In this document: positions 39,741-49,724 of the stretch, piece by piece
Layout: each line of letters starts with the position of its first letter
Numbering within the stretch: position 1 is the stretch's first letter
Source of the DNA: a virus
Reading direction: 5' to 3' (one strand)
IMG/VR virus record: IMGVR_UViG_3300029931_000011
DNA: 64,000 bases
The notes under the pieces: generated by a model
The model's input: the letters and a program-made list of their open reading frames with translations, nothing else
Told to the model about the DNA's origin: nothing
The model's database searches: none
Made by a program: the position numbers and the translations under genes

Positions 39741-42155
39741 TCAGCGGGCGAGGGCGCCGCGCAGCTTGCCGGTGTGCTTGGCGAAGATGTCGATCACGAC
39801 CTGCTCGCCCTCGGACGAGCGGAGGAACGTCGCCACGAGCGCGTTCGGGTCGCCGGCGAGCGTGATGGAGAGCGGCACCGAGACGCCGCCGCTGGGCGCG
39901 TTGCTGTTGGCGGCGAGGCCCGGGTTCGTGACGGTCACGATCTCGCCGGGGGTCGCGCGGAAGAAGACGCCCTGCGAGTCGGGGCCGCCGGTGCCGCCGA
40001 CCCGGAATTGACCGCCGCCGGCGAAGTTGCCGCCGGTGATCAAGCCGGCCAGTAGCCCGCCCATCGACGTGAGAGCAGGTTGCCCGCCGGCACCAGTCGT
40101 GCCGAACCCGGCCTGCACCGCCTGGAGGAGCAGCATCTTCGCGATCAGGAGGGCGATCTCCTTGAGCAGGTTCTGCACGATCTGGCTGAAGTTGTTCTCG
40201 AAGGCGATGGCCGAGCGCAGCGCCTCATCGAAGGCGCCCGCGAACTCGTTCTTCATCGCGCCCTCGAGCTCCATCATCGGACGCTCGAAGTCTTCCTTGG
40301 CCTTGGCGGCGACCTCGCGTTCGACCTCGGCCAGCGCACGCATCTTCTCGCGCACGTCCTGCAGGAGCTCGAAGCGTTCCTGCGCCGCGTTGGCGGCCTT
40401 TGCCTCTGCCTCGGCGCGCTGGTCGGCCGCCCTGGCCGCCGCTTCCTCCGCCCGCACAAGCTCGTCGAGCTGGCCCCACTGCTCGGAGGTCAGCTCGACG
40501 CCCTTGCCGCGCAGGTCGTTCTCGATCTCGAGGAGCCGGGTCGTTCGATTCCGAACCTCCTCGCTCTGTCCGAGTAGGACGATCTCGCGCTCGATCTCGC
40601 GCACCACGGCCGCGTAGGGATCCAACTGGTCGCGGAGCATCTCCTCGCGCTGCGCCATCAGCGCGTTCGCCTCCTCCTGGGTCGTCAGGTGCGCGCGCAC
40701 GGCGCGGTCGAGGAGCCTCTGGGCCTTCTCTAGCTCCTGCTCCGCGGCGGTGACGTCGGAGAGCGAGCCGAGGAACGAGTTGTACTCGTCACGCAGCCGC
40801 TTCATCGCGTCGGCTGCGTCCTTGTCGCGCTTCATCTGCGCCTGTCGACTCTTGGCGCCGTCGCCGACGCCCTGGATCATGGCGCGCGTGGCGATCGGGA
40901 TGAGCGCCGCCGCCTGCTGCTCGGCGACGAACTTCGCCACCGCATCCTTCTGCTCGAGCCGCTGCGCCATCCCGGCGAAGCCGCCGAACTCGGTGTTCTT
41001 GGCGACGTCCGCGAGGAGCCCCTTCATGCCCTCGGTGTGGCGCGAAATCTCCTTGAGGGTGTCGACCAGATCGCCGACCCGCGACCCCTTGCCCGAATCC
41101 TGGACGGCGCCGTAGATGTCGCTCGCGGCGTTGTAGCTGCCCGTGATCGGGTTGAGGTAACGACGCGCCGTGCTGACCCCGCGCCAGAGCGCACCCCCGT
41201 CGAGCTGGTAGCCGCCGATCGAGATGTCGCCCAGCTCTCCGACGGCCTTCGATGCCATCGCGCCGACGCTGGCCACCATGCGGAGGCTGTCCGCGAGTCC
41301 GGCCAGCGCAGAGCCGAGGAGCTCGACGGCGCGGGTGTTCTGCGCGAACTCCGAGAGCGACTTCGACGCCTCGTTGCGAAACTTCGTCCACTGCTCGGCG
41401 AACGTCGGTAGGCGCTCCGCGTACTGGTCGAGCACCTCCTGACGCTGCGACTTGAGCGCGCTGATGACGACCTGCGAGGTGAGCTTGCCCTCGTTGGCCA
41501 TCGCGCGCATCTCGCCGCGAGTCTTCCCGAGGCTCTTCGCGATCAGGTCGATGATGATCGGCGCCTGCTCGAGGACGCTGTTGAACTCCTCGCCGCGAAG
41601 CGCACCAGCGCCGAGACCCTGAGAGAGCTGGGTGAGCGCAGCGTCGGCGCTGGCACCGGAGGCACCGCTCGCCTTGATCGCCTTCGTGAGCGTATCGACG
41701 GTCTCGATCGCCTGCCGCTGCGAGCCGCCCATGTCGGTGACGGCCTTGCCCACCTGACGGTAAAGGCCGACGACGGAGCCGAACTCCGACCCGGTCTCCT
41801 GCGCCGACTTGAACAGCTCGCGCTGCGCGATGATCTGCGCCTGGGTCGCCCCGTGCATCGCGCGAAGCTGGCTGGTAGCGTTCGTGTAGGCGTCGGCCAT
41901 GTCCATGGCCTCGCGCGCGCCGAACGCGGTCGCCAACCCAGCCACAGATCGCCCGACCGCCCCGGCGAGGTCGCTGCGCCGGGCGTCGCTGGCTGCCTTG
42001 CGCATCCCGTCGCCGATCGACTTCGACATCGCCTCCGACGACTTCTTCGCCTGGCGCTCCATGCCGATGAGCTCGCGATCGATCACGTCCGCCCCACGCT
42101 TTCCCTGCGTGGGGTCGATCGTCACGACGATCTCGAAGTCTTCATCGTTCGCCAT
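39741..42155 (-). CDS. Tail tape measure protein
   Basis: Track ORF of 804 aa. Long alpha-helical/coiled-coil sequence with a Gly-rich C-terminal part. Lies directly downstream of the G/GT chaperone pair. Confidence 0.8.
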   Translation of the reverse strand: MANDEDFEIVVTIDPTQGKRGADVIDRELIGMERQAKKSSEAMSKSIGDGMRKAASDARRSDLAGAVGRSVAGLATAFGAREAMDMADAYTNATSQLRAMHGATQAQIIAQRELFKSAQETGSEFGSVVGLYRQVGKAVTDMGGSQRQAIETVDTLTKAIKASGASGASADAALTQLSQGLGAGALRGEEFNSVLEQAPIIIDLIAKSLGKTRGEMRAMANEGKLTSQVVISALKSQRQEVLDQYAERLPTFAEQWTKFRNEASKSLSEFAQNTRAVELLGSALAGLADSLRMVASVGAMASKAVGELGDISIGGYQLDGGALWRGVSTARRYLNPITGSYNAASDIYGAVQDSGKGSRVGDLVDTLKEISRHTEGMKGLLADVAKNTEFGGFAGMAQRLEQKDAVAKFVAEQQAAALIPIATRAMIQGVGDGAKSRQAQMKRDKDAADAMKRLRDEYNSFLGSLSDVTAAEQELEKAQRLLDRAVRAHLTTQEEANALMAQREEMLRDQLDPYAAVVREIEREIVLLGQSEEVRNRTTRLLEIENDLRGKGVELTSEQWGQLDELVRAEEAAARAADQRAEAEAKAANAAQERFELLQDVREKMRALAEVEREVAAKAKEDFERPMMELEGAMKNEFAGAFDEALRSAIAFENNFSQIVQNLLKEIALLIAKMLLLQAVQAGFGTTGAGGQPALTSMGGLLAGLITGGNFAGGGQFRVGGTGGPDSQGVFFRATPGEIVTVTNPGLAANSNAPSGGVSVPLSITLAGDPNALVATFLRSSEGEQVVIDIFAKHTGKLRGALAR

Positions 42156-42158
42156 GGC

Positions 42159-42967
42159 TCACTTCTTCCTGGCCGCCTCGGCGGCTCGCTGCTTTGCTTC
42201 CTGCTCCTCGCGCTGCCACTTCAACCACGCCGCGTCCATCGCGCGGATGATGTCGTAGAAGGCGAGGAGTACCCGCCGAGAGCGCAGGCCCCACCGCTCG
42301 CCGTAGGCGAAGATCGTCGACTCCGGGATGGGCCCGATCCCGAAACCGATCGAGCGGTTCGTGCTCAGATCCCAGAACGCCTTGAGGCAGAAGGACTGCG
42401 CCAGCGACGTGACGGGCGGTTCGATGGCCTCGGGTGGTAGCGGCCGACCTTCGAGCGGGTACTGCCTCCACGCAGCCCCGTCGCGCTGCTCGCGCAGCTG
42501 CCAGGTCAGCCGCTCGACGAGTTTCCCGCGGCGGACTCCACATCGGCCGGGGTCACGTCGTCGGGCCCGGGGCGCGCCATCTTGACGACCTCCTGCTCGA
42601 TCGCGATGAACAACCCCAGGCCGACCTGCGGGGCCTCGATGAGCTTGACCAGGAAGTCGCGCCCCTTCCTCGGGGTGTACTCGAGCGCCACCCACTGCCC
42701 ATCGCGCTCGACCTCCCACCCGACGATCGCCGACGACGCGATGGCGCGGGCGCTGTCGCGAAGCTGCTGCATCCGGATCTCGTCGGGCGCCGTCTCTTCC
42801 TGCCGCTGACTCTCGAGGAAGTGCCGGAAGCCGGCCTCCATCAGGAGCGGGTTGTCGGGCGTCATCGGCACGAGGCCGAGTCGCCGGCGAGGCCGGATAC
42901 TCTCGATCACGTGGTGCGCCGTGGCCTCGGGCAGCACGAACTCGAAGTCCTCGAACGATTCGCTCAT
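42159..42967 (-). CDS. Tail assembly chaperone frameshift product (gpGT-like)
   Basis: The -1 frame continues from GGGAAAC as GKLVERLTWQLREQ...; this is the C-terminal part of track ORF 42159..43007. It ends 4 nt before the tape measure start. Confidence 0.6.
42506..42967 (-). CDS. Tail assembly chaperone (gpG-like)
   Basis: Track ORF of 153 aa. Acidic protein between the tube gene and the tape measure. A slippery heptamer lies 13 nt before its stop. Confidence 0.65.
   Translation of the reverse strand: MSESFEDFEFVLPEATAHHVIESIRPRRRLGLVPMTPDNPLLMEAGFRHFLESQRQEETAPDEIRMQQLRDSARAIASSAIVGWEVERDGQWVALEYTPRKGRDFLVKLIEAPQVGLGLFIAIEQEVVKMARPGPDDVTPADVESAAGNSSSG
42521..42527 (-). promoter_or_regulatory. 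-1 programmed ribosomal frameshift heptamer G_GGA_AAC
   Basis: Minus strand reads GCG GGA AAC TCG in the zero frame, an X_XXY_YYZ pattern. The -1 frame stays open for about 120 further codons. Confidence 0.6.
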
Positions 42968-43091
42968 CGTCGAGCACCGTGCGCCCGCGTCCGTCGAGGA
43001 TCCACATTCGGTAGCAGGGGCGAGAATCGAACTCGCTTCTGCTCGGGTATGAGCCGAGCGCGCAGCCGGAGCGCCTCCCTGCAGGAAGCCG

Positions 43092-44579
43092 TTACGCCGT
43101 CGGGCAGTAGGGGAAGAGGCTGACGATCAGCGTCGAGCCGAAGATGTCGTCCTCGTGCGCGTCGGCGCCGAGCGCGATCCGCACCGTCTGGTTCGTCGGG
43201 GTCTCGGGCATCCCGTTCGACAGGCAGCACGACGGCATGTCGAAGCACGCCGCGCCGTCGCCGTTGTTGATGAACCAGTCGCAGCCGACCGCGTCACCGG
43301 CCTCGAGCGCCGCGATCACCTCGGGCACGGTGAAGTGCGCGCCGACCTCGACACCCACGTTGACGGGGCCGGCGGTGTTGGTCACCGAGCCCATCACGCC
43401 GTGGCCGCCGTTGCGCTGGACGTCGGCCTCGAGGTTGAGCGCGACGCTCGTGATGATGCCGGTGAACGCCGTCCCGGCGACCTTCGCGCGGATGCGCCCC
43501 CGGTAGATGTGCGACGTGGTGTTCACCATCGTCTTCTGGAGCGTCTTGACCGGCGCGTTGAAGTTCGTCGCGCGGCTCGTCGTCGGGCCCGACGTCGTGG
43601 TGCCGCGCATCGCCACCGAGAGCGTGGCCTTCGTCTTCTCCGGCATCGAGATCGTGCCGCGGACGACCTGCATCCCGTGGGCGTAGAGGTACGAGGCGGC
43701 GTCGCCGGCGCCGAGCTTGTTGAACACGCGCTCGGTGCGCCAGTAGGGCAGGAGGAAGTTCGCGTCCGTCAGGTAGCGGACCCGGACGCGCTGGCCGTAG
43801 AAGACGTCGATCAGCTTCGAGGAGCCGTTGTCGACGGTGAACGGCGCGGTGGTGTTCTCGATCCGCATCAGGTTCGCGGTCGGCGTCGCCGCGATGCGCG
43901 CGGGGCCGCGGTTGGCCGCGACCGCGAAGGTCTGCGCCGCCGCGACGCCGCCCACCCAGATGGTGTCGCCAGCCTCGAGCCCGAGCTGGGTCAGGTTCTT
44001 CGTCGTGGTGATCAGGTTGCCGTCGCTGTTGACCTGGAGGTCGCCGGATGCGAACCGGAAGCCGCACACCTCGACCGTCGCGCCCTCGGCGGCGGCGAAG
44101 GTCTCGGCGACGAGGCCTCCGACGATCGGGATCTGGGTGGTGGTGCCGCCCGAGTCGACGACCTTGAAGCCGTTGTTCGCGGCGATCTTCGCACCACGCA
44201 CGAACACCAGCGTGTTCGCCGGAAGCGCCGCGCTCATGGTCGGCACGACGAAGTGCGCCGTGGTGCAGCTCGTCGGGAAGTTCGGCGCCGGGCCGGTGAA
44301 CGCCGCATGGAGCAGGCCCTCCGCGAACTCGCGAAAGGTCGACCAGGTCAGGTCGGTCTCGATCGACCCCTCGACCATCTTGTCGACCGGCATCCCGCGC
44401 TGCCGCTGGTTCGCCGGCGAGACCGGCTCGCGCTCGACGCTCTCGATCTGCGGCGCGAACCCGGTGAGCCCGCCCGGGTTGTACTCGTAGGCGTGGACGA
44501 CCGGGGAGCCGGGGAGCGCGCCCTCGCTCGACTCACGCGCGACCTGCAGGAAGGATCGGTTGCTCTCGCTGTAGCCCAT
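43092..44579 (-). CDS. Major tail (tube) protein candidate with a central insertion domain
   Basis: Track ORF of 495 aa. Position is between the head-tail joining genes and the chaperone/tape measure genes. Confidence 0.5.
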   Translation of the reverse strand: MGYSESNRSFLQVARESSEGALPGSPVVHAYEYNPGGLTGFAPQIESVEREPVSPANQRQRGMPVDKMVEGSIETDLTWSTFREFAEGLLHAAFTGPAPNFPTSCTTAHFVVPTMSAALPANTLVFVRGAKIAANNGFKVVDSGGTTTQIPIVGGLVAETFAAAEGATVEVCGFRFASGDLQVNSDGNLITTTKNLTQLGLEAGDTIWVGGVAAAQTFAVAANRGPARIAATPTANLMRIENTTAPFTVDNGSSKLIDVFYGQRVRVRYLTDANFLLPYWRTERVFNKLGAGDAASYLYAHGMQVVRGTISMPEKTKATLSVAMRGTTTSGPTTSRATNFNAPVKTLQKTMVNTTSHIYRGRIRAKVAGTAFTGIITSVALNLEADVQRNGGHGVMGSVTNTAGPVNVGVEVGAHFTVPEVIAALEAGDAVGCDWFINNGDGAACFDMPSCCLSNGMPETPTNQTVRIALGADAHEDDIFGSTLIVSLFPYCPTA

Positions 44580-44594
44580 GGTCGTGCTCCTCGG

Positions 44595-45032
44595 TCAGAA
44601 GGTCTCGTGGAAGGCGAAGCGCGCGCTGACGTTCACCTGGTAGTAGGTCGATGGCCCGGCGTCGCCGTCGACGCCGATGCGCCGGATGTCGGCGCCCATG
44701 AAGGTGACGGTGTCACCGGCGGTGCCCAGGTCGAGCCCGCGGAACACCTCGCGAACCTGCTGCGCCAGGGTCATCGCGCCGGCCTGGCCGTCGTCGGGGA
44801 TGAGCGGGGCGAAGCACTGCGCGATCACGTCGGCGCGCTGGCGCTCGACGCGGTGGCCGACGGGGCCGTGGCCCGAGGGGTCCGGCGGCAGGTCGCGCAC
44901 CGAGACGCGCACCCATGCCGTGTCGGCCGGCGGCTCGTACCGCTCGCCGTCGATCGTGAAGGCGACCGGCAGCGAGTCGAGCCGATCCTTCACGGCGGCG
45001 AGCACGAGCTCGGTGGCGGCGAGCGGCGTCAT
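44595..45032 (-). CDS. Tail terminator / neck protein candidate
   Basis: C-terminal 145 aa (MTPLAATELV...) of track ORF 44595..45524. ATGA overlap with the gp10-like gene. Confidence 0.45.
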   Translation of the reverse strand: MTPLAATELVLAAVKDRLDSLPVAFTIDGERYEPPADTAWVRVSVRDLPPDPSGHGPVGHRVERQRADVIAQCFAPLIPDDGQAGAMTLAQQVREVFRGLDLGTAGDTVTFMGADIRRIGVDGDAGPSTYYQVNVSARFAFHETF

Positions 45033-45385
45033 GCGGCCCTCGATTCGGCAACGCCCTTGGCGACCGCGTACTCGACGAACGCGGCCGGCGCCTGCTTCGA
45101 GTGCCCGGCGTTGAGCCGACGGATGTAGGGCACGTTGTTCGACACGAACGCCTTCCCGTGCTCGAGCCGGAACGCCACGACCTCGGCGAGCCCGGCCGCC
45201 TGCCGCGACGTGCCGGTGCCCCGCGCCGGCTGACCGACCGCGGGGACCCAGTTCGCGCGCGCCCAGCCCGTGTCGACCGGCGTGATCGCGACGAGCTCGT
45301 GCGTCACGTTGACGGCGATGCGCGCGACCGCCTGCTCGATCCGGCGGTCGAGGGCGGCGCGGATCTTGGCCCGCGACGAGGCCAC
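45029..45385 (-). CDS. HK97 gp10-like head-tail joining protein
   Basis: Track ORF of 118 aa. ...ITPVDTGWARANW...NNVPYIRRLN.GHS.QAP fits the gp10-family pattern. Confidence 0.65.
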   Translation of the reverse strand: MASSRAKIRAALDRRIEQAVARIAVNVTHELVAITPVDTGWARANWVPAVGQPARGTGTSRQAAGLAEVVAFRLEHGKAFVSNNVPYIRRLNAGHSKQAPAAFVEYAVAKGVAESRAA

Positions 45386-45388
45386 GGG

Positions 45389-45670
45389 TCAGCTCCTCGC
45401 GGAGCTGCGGCGCTCGGCGCGGGTCGGCTTGATGCGCGCGGCGGTCTCGGCCTGCGGCTGCGCGGGCGAGGACGGTTCCGGCCCGGGCACCAGCGGCGCA
45501 CGCTCGTTGTCGATGTACGCGCACTGCCAGAGGTTCAGGACGCGATGGCGCGGCACGCCGAGCGACTGCCAGTCGAAGGGCGCACCCGCCTCGATCTGCC
45601 GCCCGTCGAAGACGAAGGCATGTCGCGCCACGAATGGCGCGTCGAGGTTGAAGGGCGGCCGGTTCGACAT
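45389..45670 (-). CDS. Hypothetical head/neck protein
   Basis: C-terminal 93 aa (MSNRPPFNLD...) of track ORF 45389..46600. Confidence 0.45.
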   Translation of the reverse strand: MSNRPPFNLDAPFVARHAFVFDGRQIEAGAPFDWQSLGVPRHRVLNLWQCAYIDNERAPLVPGPEPSSPAQPQAETAARIKPTRAERRSSARS

Positions 45671-45684
45671 GGTCAGGGGCTCGA

Positions 45685-46746
45685 TCAGGGCAGCATCGTC
45701 TTGAACAGCACGCCCATCTTCGAGTTGACGAGCGTGAAGTCGTGCGCCGAGTCGCAGACGGTCTTCTGCGAGCCGCCGGGGCCGGCGTCCTCGTCGCGAA
45801 TCGAGCGGAGGCGGAATCCCTCGGTGTTGCCGACGGCCTCCTCCCACTGCGCGCGCGCCATCGCGCACGGCGCCTCGGGGTTGAACACGCCGGCGTCGTC
45901 GGCCACCGCGCTGGCGGCCTCGCCCTGCATCGCCGGGAAGCGGCGGTAGAGCAGCATCCCGTCGCTGGGGACGATGCGCGAGTTGGTCGCCGTCTCGCCC
46001 TCGAGCGCCGTGTTGTAGATGGCGCTCGCGACGCCGACCCACTTCACGCCGCAGAGGCGGGCGATCTCCGACTCGTTGGCCGGGGCGTCCCGGAGGATCG
46101 GGTTCGACCCGTTCGTGAGCGTGGCGCGCACGAGAGGGTGCATCGCCACGGCCTCGAAGAGGTCGGCGCCGAAGATGATGGCGTCGCCCTTCCAGCCGGT
46201 CGCGAGCTCGATGTCGTTGCGCTCCTCGCGGATCGCCTTGATCGGGTCGGTGTTCGCGTCCGAGAAGTGGATGCGCGTTCCCGTCGCGGTGGTGCGCGCC
46301 GGCGCCGCGCCCGACGACACGCCGGTGACGACGCGGAACCAGGTCGTGTCGGCGAACGCGAACGCCGAGAAGAGGAGCTCGAGGCTCAGGCTCGCCTTGT
46401 AGGCGAGGAGCTGCGGGATGATCTGCGACGGATCGATCGCGACGTCGCTGGCCCGCTTGAGCCAGTCGTTCAGGTTGTACCCGAGCGACCGCGCGTTGAT
46501 CTCGAACATCGCGGTCTCCTTGCCGAAGGCCGCGATCGGGGTGGGCGAGTTGTAGCCGCGGACGACCATCTCGTTGCGGTTCAGGTCGCCCTGCTTCCAC
46601 TTGTAGTAGGTGCCCGAGAGCTTCTTGACCGGCATCCGCGGGGCCGCCTTGCGCGCCACGAAGCCCTCGCCGGACTGGAAGAGCTTGATCGCCGCCTGGG
46701 TGAGCGGGACGTTGGTGTACACGTCGCCTGGGGTGAACGTCGGCAT
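45685..46746 (-). CDS. Major capsid protein (lambda gpE-like)
   Basis: Track ORF of 353 aa. Size and position (after the protease/scaffold and decoration genes) fit, and the layout resembles gpE (...TDPIKAIREE...AIIFGADLFEAV...). Confidence 0.7.
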   Translation of the reverse strand: MPTFTPGDVYTNVPLTQAAIKLFQSGEGFVARKAAPRMPVKKLSGTYYKWKQGDLNRNEMVVRGYNSPTPIAAFGKETAMFEINARSLGYNLNDWLKRASDVAIDPSQIIPQLLAYKASLSLELLFSAFAFADTTWFRVVTGVSSGAAPARTTATGTRIHFSDANTDPIKAIREERNDIELATGWKGDAIIFGADLFEAVAMHPLVRATLTNGSNPILRDAPANESEIARLCGVKWVGVASAIYNTALEGETATNSRIVPSDGMLLYRRFPAMQGEAASAVADDAGVFNPEAPCAMARAQWEEAVGNTEGFRLRSIRDEDAGPGGSQKTVCDSAHDFTLVNSKMGVLFKTMLP

Positions 46747-46816
46747 GGTCGGGCTCCTGCTGGTCGGTGTCGGTCGAGAGGGCGAGCCCCGAAGGGCTCA
46801 GGGATGAAGCGATGGA

Positions 46817-47809
46817 TCAGGCGAGAGCGAGGCCCGTCGCCGTGACCTGCTGCCACGCGGCCCCGTTCCAGCGGAGCTGCATGTGGTGCGCGGTCGTGCC
46901 GTTGATGTCGTCGATCTTCGTCGCCGCGGCGCCGTCGAGCGTCTCGGCGGTGATGTCGATCTCGCCGTCGGGCGTGCCGCCGGCGACCGTCACCTGCACG
47001 TCGATGAACTCGCCATCGACCTGGCCGTTCGGGATGTTGAACCCGCCGGCCGCGGCGCCCGTGACCGTGCCGGTGACCGACAGGTTGTAGCGAGCGACCA
47101 TGTCGTGGCCGGTGAGGACGTCGGTGCCGACGACCACGGTGCGCGCGCCAGCGCGGCGCTTGCCGACGACCTTCCAGCCGGTCGCGTGCATCCGCAGGCG
47201 CAGCGACTGGCCGGCGGCGGTGAAGACGTGGGTGGCCGACTCGGTGCCGGCCGGGCCGAGCGCGCCGTTGAGGGTGACCGTGCCGAGCGGCGTGCCGCTG
47301 ACGGCGACGCAGTCGATCTCGATCTCGTGGCCGAGCTCGCCGTCGTCGAGCGTGTACGCCTTGGTGTCGGCGACGGTGAGCGCGATGTGGCTCGCGCTCG
47401 GCGGGATGGCGCCAGCCGCGGCGACCGCCACCGAGGACGCCGCGGCGTGCGGCTGCACCAGCGGGCGGAGCACCGACACGAGACGGCCGGTCGCGCCGGC
47501 GCCGAGCGCCACGGCGTTGACGTGTTGGCCGGCGCCCGCGACGATCGCCCGGCCGACGGAGTCGGTCGTGAGATCGGCGCCCGCGTCGAACGAACCGCCG
47601 GCCTCGACCTTCATCACGCGCTCGATGAATGCGTCGACGCCCTTGCCTGCGGCGTCGGGCTCGCTGCCGATGACGAGGTCCGCTCGCTCTCCGGCGACCG
47701 AACACGCGACGACCCGGCCGGTGTTGTCGACCTTGCCGAAGCGGTTCTTGCGCGCGCTGAGGTCCGCGCCGCTGACGAGGCTGACCGGGGTGCTGTCGAT
47801 GGTGGCCAT
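46817..47809 (-). CDS. DUF2190-like head decoration protein with a C-terminal tandem-domain extension
   Basis: Track ORF of 330 aa. The N-terminal ~110 aa (...GRVVACSVAGERADLVIGSEP...VMKVEAGGSFDAGADLTTDSVGRAI) looks DUF2190-like. Two similar beta-rich segments follow, ending ...LRMHATGWKVVG and ...LRWNGAAWQQVT. Confidence 0.55.
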   Translation of the reverse strand: MATIDSTPVSLVSGADLSARKNRFGKVDNTGRVVACSVAGERADLVIGSEPDAAGKGVDAFIERVMKVEAGGSFDAGADLTTDSVGRAIVAGAGQHVNAVALGAGATGRLVSVLRPLVQPHAAASSVAVAAAGAIPPSASHIALTVADTKAYTLDDGELGHEIEIDCVAVSGTPLGTVTLNGALGPAGTESATHVFTAAGQSLRLRMHATGWKVVGKRRAGARTVVVGTDVLTGHDMVARYNLSVTGTVTGAAAGGFNIPNGQVDGEFIDVQVTVAGGTPDGEIDITAETLDGAAATKIDDINGTTAHHMQLRWNGAAWQQVTATGLALA

Positions 47810-47858
47810 GGTGTGTCTCCGTGGTTCGGTTCGTCGGTGGCGAAGGGGTGGTCAGCGG

Positions 47859-49415
47859 TCAGTTGCGCGGACCGCCGGGGAGCTCGCGCTCGTAGGCGGC
47901 GTACCGGGCCTTGCCGTCGTCGGTGGTGAGGTACTCGAGCGCGACGTCGTCGGGCTTCGCGTTCCGCGACTTCGCGAACTCGGCGAGGCCGGCGTTGTAG
48001 TGGGCGAGCGCGCCGGTCTCGGGCACGCCGCCGCCGGCGACGCCGACGCGCTTGGTGACCGACTCGAACGCGGTGTTGGCCGCGCGCAGGGTCTCGAGCG
48101 CCTCCTTGCGGAGCTCCTCGGGCAGCGCCTCGACGGCGCGCATGATGGCGACCTTGACGGCGTCCGAGCCCTTCACGAAGGGGATGACCTCGCGCGCCGA
48201 CTTCTCGATGCGGGCGGTCTCGTTCGCCTCGCGCGCCTTCGCGAGCTCGACGGCGTTGGAGTCGAGCTCCTTGGCCATCTCGACCAGCGACTCCTCGCCG
48301 GCGTAGTAGCAGCGCCCGGTGCGCTCGCTCTTGTGGATCGGCTTCGCGAGCGCGGCGCGGTCCGCCTCGGGCTTGCCGAGGAACTGCTCGAGCTCGTCGC
48401 CCTTGAGGCGCTTCGCGAACGCCGCCTGGTCGGCGGGCAGGTTGCGGAGCGTGTCGAGCGCCTTCGCGAAGGTCTCCTTCGCCTTGGCGAAGTCCGCCTT
48501 GAGAGCGGTGATGTCGGCCTGGGCCTTGGCGATGTCGGTCGGGTTGCTCATGGCGATGGTCTCCGTGGCGAGGGTGTGCGTGTGGCCGTCGGCCGCGAGC
48601 ACGGTGAGGGTTCCGTCGGCGCCGCGAATCCAGTTGTGGGAGTGCCCGTACTGGAATCCGTCGGCGCGGTCGTAGGACGTGACGCCGTCCTTCTCGTCGG
48701 CGTCGTAGATGAGGTGCTGGTGACCCAGCTCGTACGACGTCGCGGCGGGGGTGCGCTTCTCGATCGGCGTGACGAGCCCTGCGACGAGCGCGGCGTGCTT
48801 CACGAGCGAGACGGCGTGCGCGACCTTGGCCTCCGCGCTGACCTCGACCGTCGGCTCGCCGACATCGGCACGCTTGATGAGCGCGACCTTCGCGCCCTCG
48901 TGCGCGCCGAGCTTGACGACGCTGATCTCGTGGATCGAGACCTTGCGAAGCACCCGCTTGCGCTTCTCGACCTTCGCGGCCTTCGACTTCTCGATGACCT
49001 CGGGGTCGTGGCTCACGCCGCCGATCGACAGGCAGAACGCCTCGCCGCTCTCGATGCTCTTGAGCAGCTCCTCGTCGGGCTTGAACGCGACGAGGATGCC
49101 GGCGGTGCCGTGGGTGTCGACATCGCACGCCTTGGCGATGTCCTCGGTCATGCCCCAGCACGACACGATCGAGCCACGAGCGCCACCGGAGTGGTTCGCC
49201 TTGATCGTGCGGTCCTCGACCGGCAGTGCCGAGAGCTCGAGCGCCGCGAGGAGGATGTCGTCCTCGGGGATGTGGTCGCCGTGGCTGTCTTCGTAGGCCT
49301 CGCCGTCCTTCTTGGCGAAGCACGACCAGCCGAAGCACATGCCGAGCTTCTTGTCGAAGCGCAGCGGCTCGGGCGAGGTCTTCGCGAAGGCGAGAGGCTT
49401 GCTCACGAGCGCCAA
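47859..49415 (-). CDS. Prohead protease (XkdF-like) fused to a scaffold region
   Basis: Track ORF of 518 aa with a TTG start. The N-terminal ...EDSHGDHIPEDDIL...ANHSGGARGSIVSCW...ESGEAFCLSIGG fits the XkdF pattern. The C-terminal half is helical and charged. Confidence 0.65.
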   Translation of the reverse strand: MALVSKPLAFAKTSPEPLRFDKKLGMCFGWSCFAKKDGEAYEDSHGDHIPEDDILLAALELSALPVEDRTIKANHSGGARGSIVSCWGMTEDIAKACDVDTHGTAGILVAFKPDEELLKSIESGEAFCLSIGGVSHDPEVIEKSKAAKVEKRKRVLRKVSIHEISVVKLGAHEGAKVALIKRADVGEPTVEVSAEAKVAHAVSLVKHAALVAGLVTPIEKRTPAATSYELGHQHLIYDADEKDGVTSYDRADGFQYGHSHNWIRGADGTLTVLAADGHTHTLATETIAMSNPTDIAKAQADITALKADFAKAKETFAKALDTLRNLPADQAAFAKRLKGDELEQFLGKPEADRAALAKPIHKSERTGRCYYAGEESLVEMAKELDSNAVELAKAREANETARIEKSAREVIPFVKGSDAVKVAIMRAVEALPEELRKEALETLRAANTAFESVTKRVGVAGGGVPETGALAHYNAGLAEFAKSRNAKPDDVALEYLTTDDGKARYAAYERELPGGPRN

Positions 49416-49499
49416 CTTGCGGCACGCGCGCGTGCGAGACCAAGAAACGAATTTGGAACCCGACAGCGAGCGTCGCTAGCGTCGACGTCGTTGCAGATC

Positions 49500-49724
49500 G
49501 TGACACTCAACGACGACGAGCGGCCGAAGAGCGCGCGCCAGATCGAAGAGCACTTCGGCTGGCGGCCGGGAATGATCCGCGCGTGGCGACACCGCGGCGT
49601 CGGCCCGCCGGTGTTCGCACAGCCCACGCCGCGGGGCTACATGTACCGGATCCGCGACGTGCTCGCGTGGCTGGTCAGCACAGGACGCGCGGCGAACGCA
49701 GCGCCCGAGGAGAAGCAGACATGA
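49500..49724 (+). CDS. AlpA/excisionase-type HTH protein
   Basis: Tail of track ORF 47100..49724 from GTG at 49500; TTG at 49491 is an alternative. Contains SARQIEEHFGWRPGMIRAWRHRGVGPPVF...YRIRDVLAWL. Confidence 0.55.
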   Translation: MTLNDDERPKSARQIEEHFGWRPGMIRAWRHRGVGPPVFAQPTPRGYMYRIRDVLAWLVSTGRAANAAPEEKQT

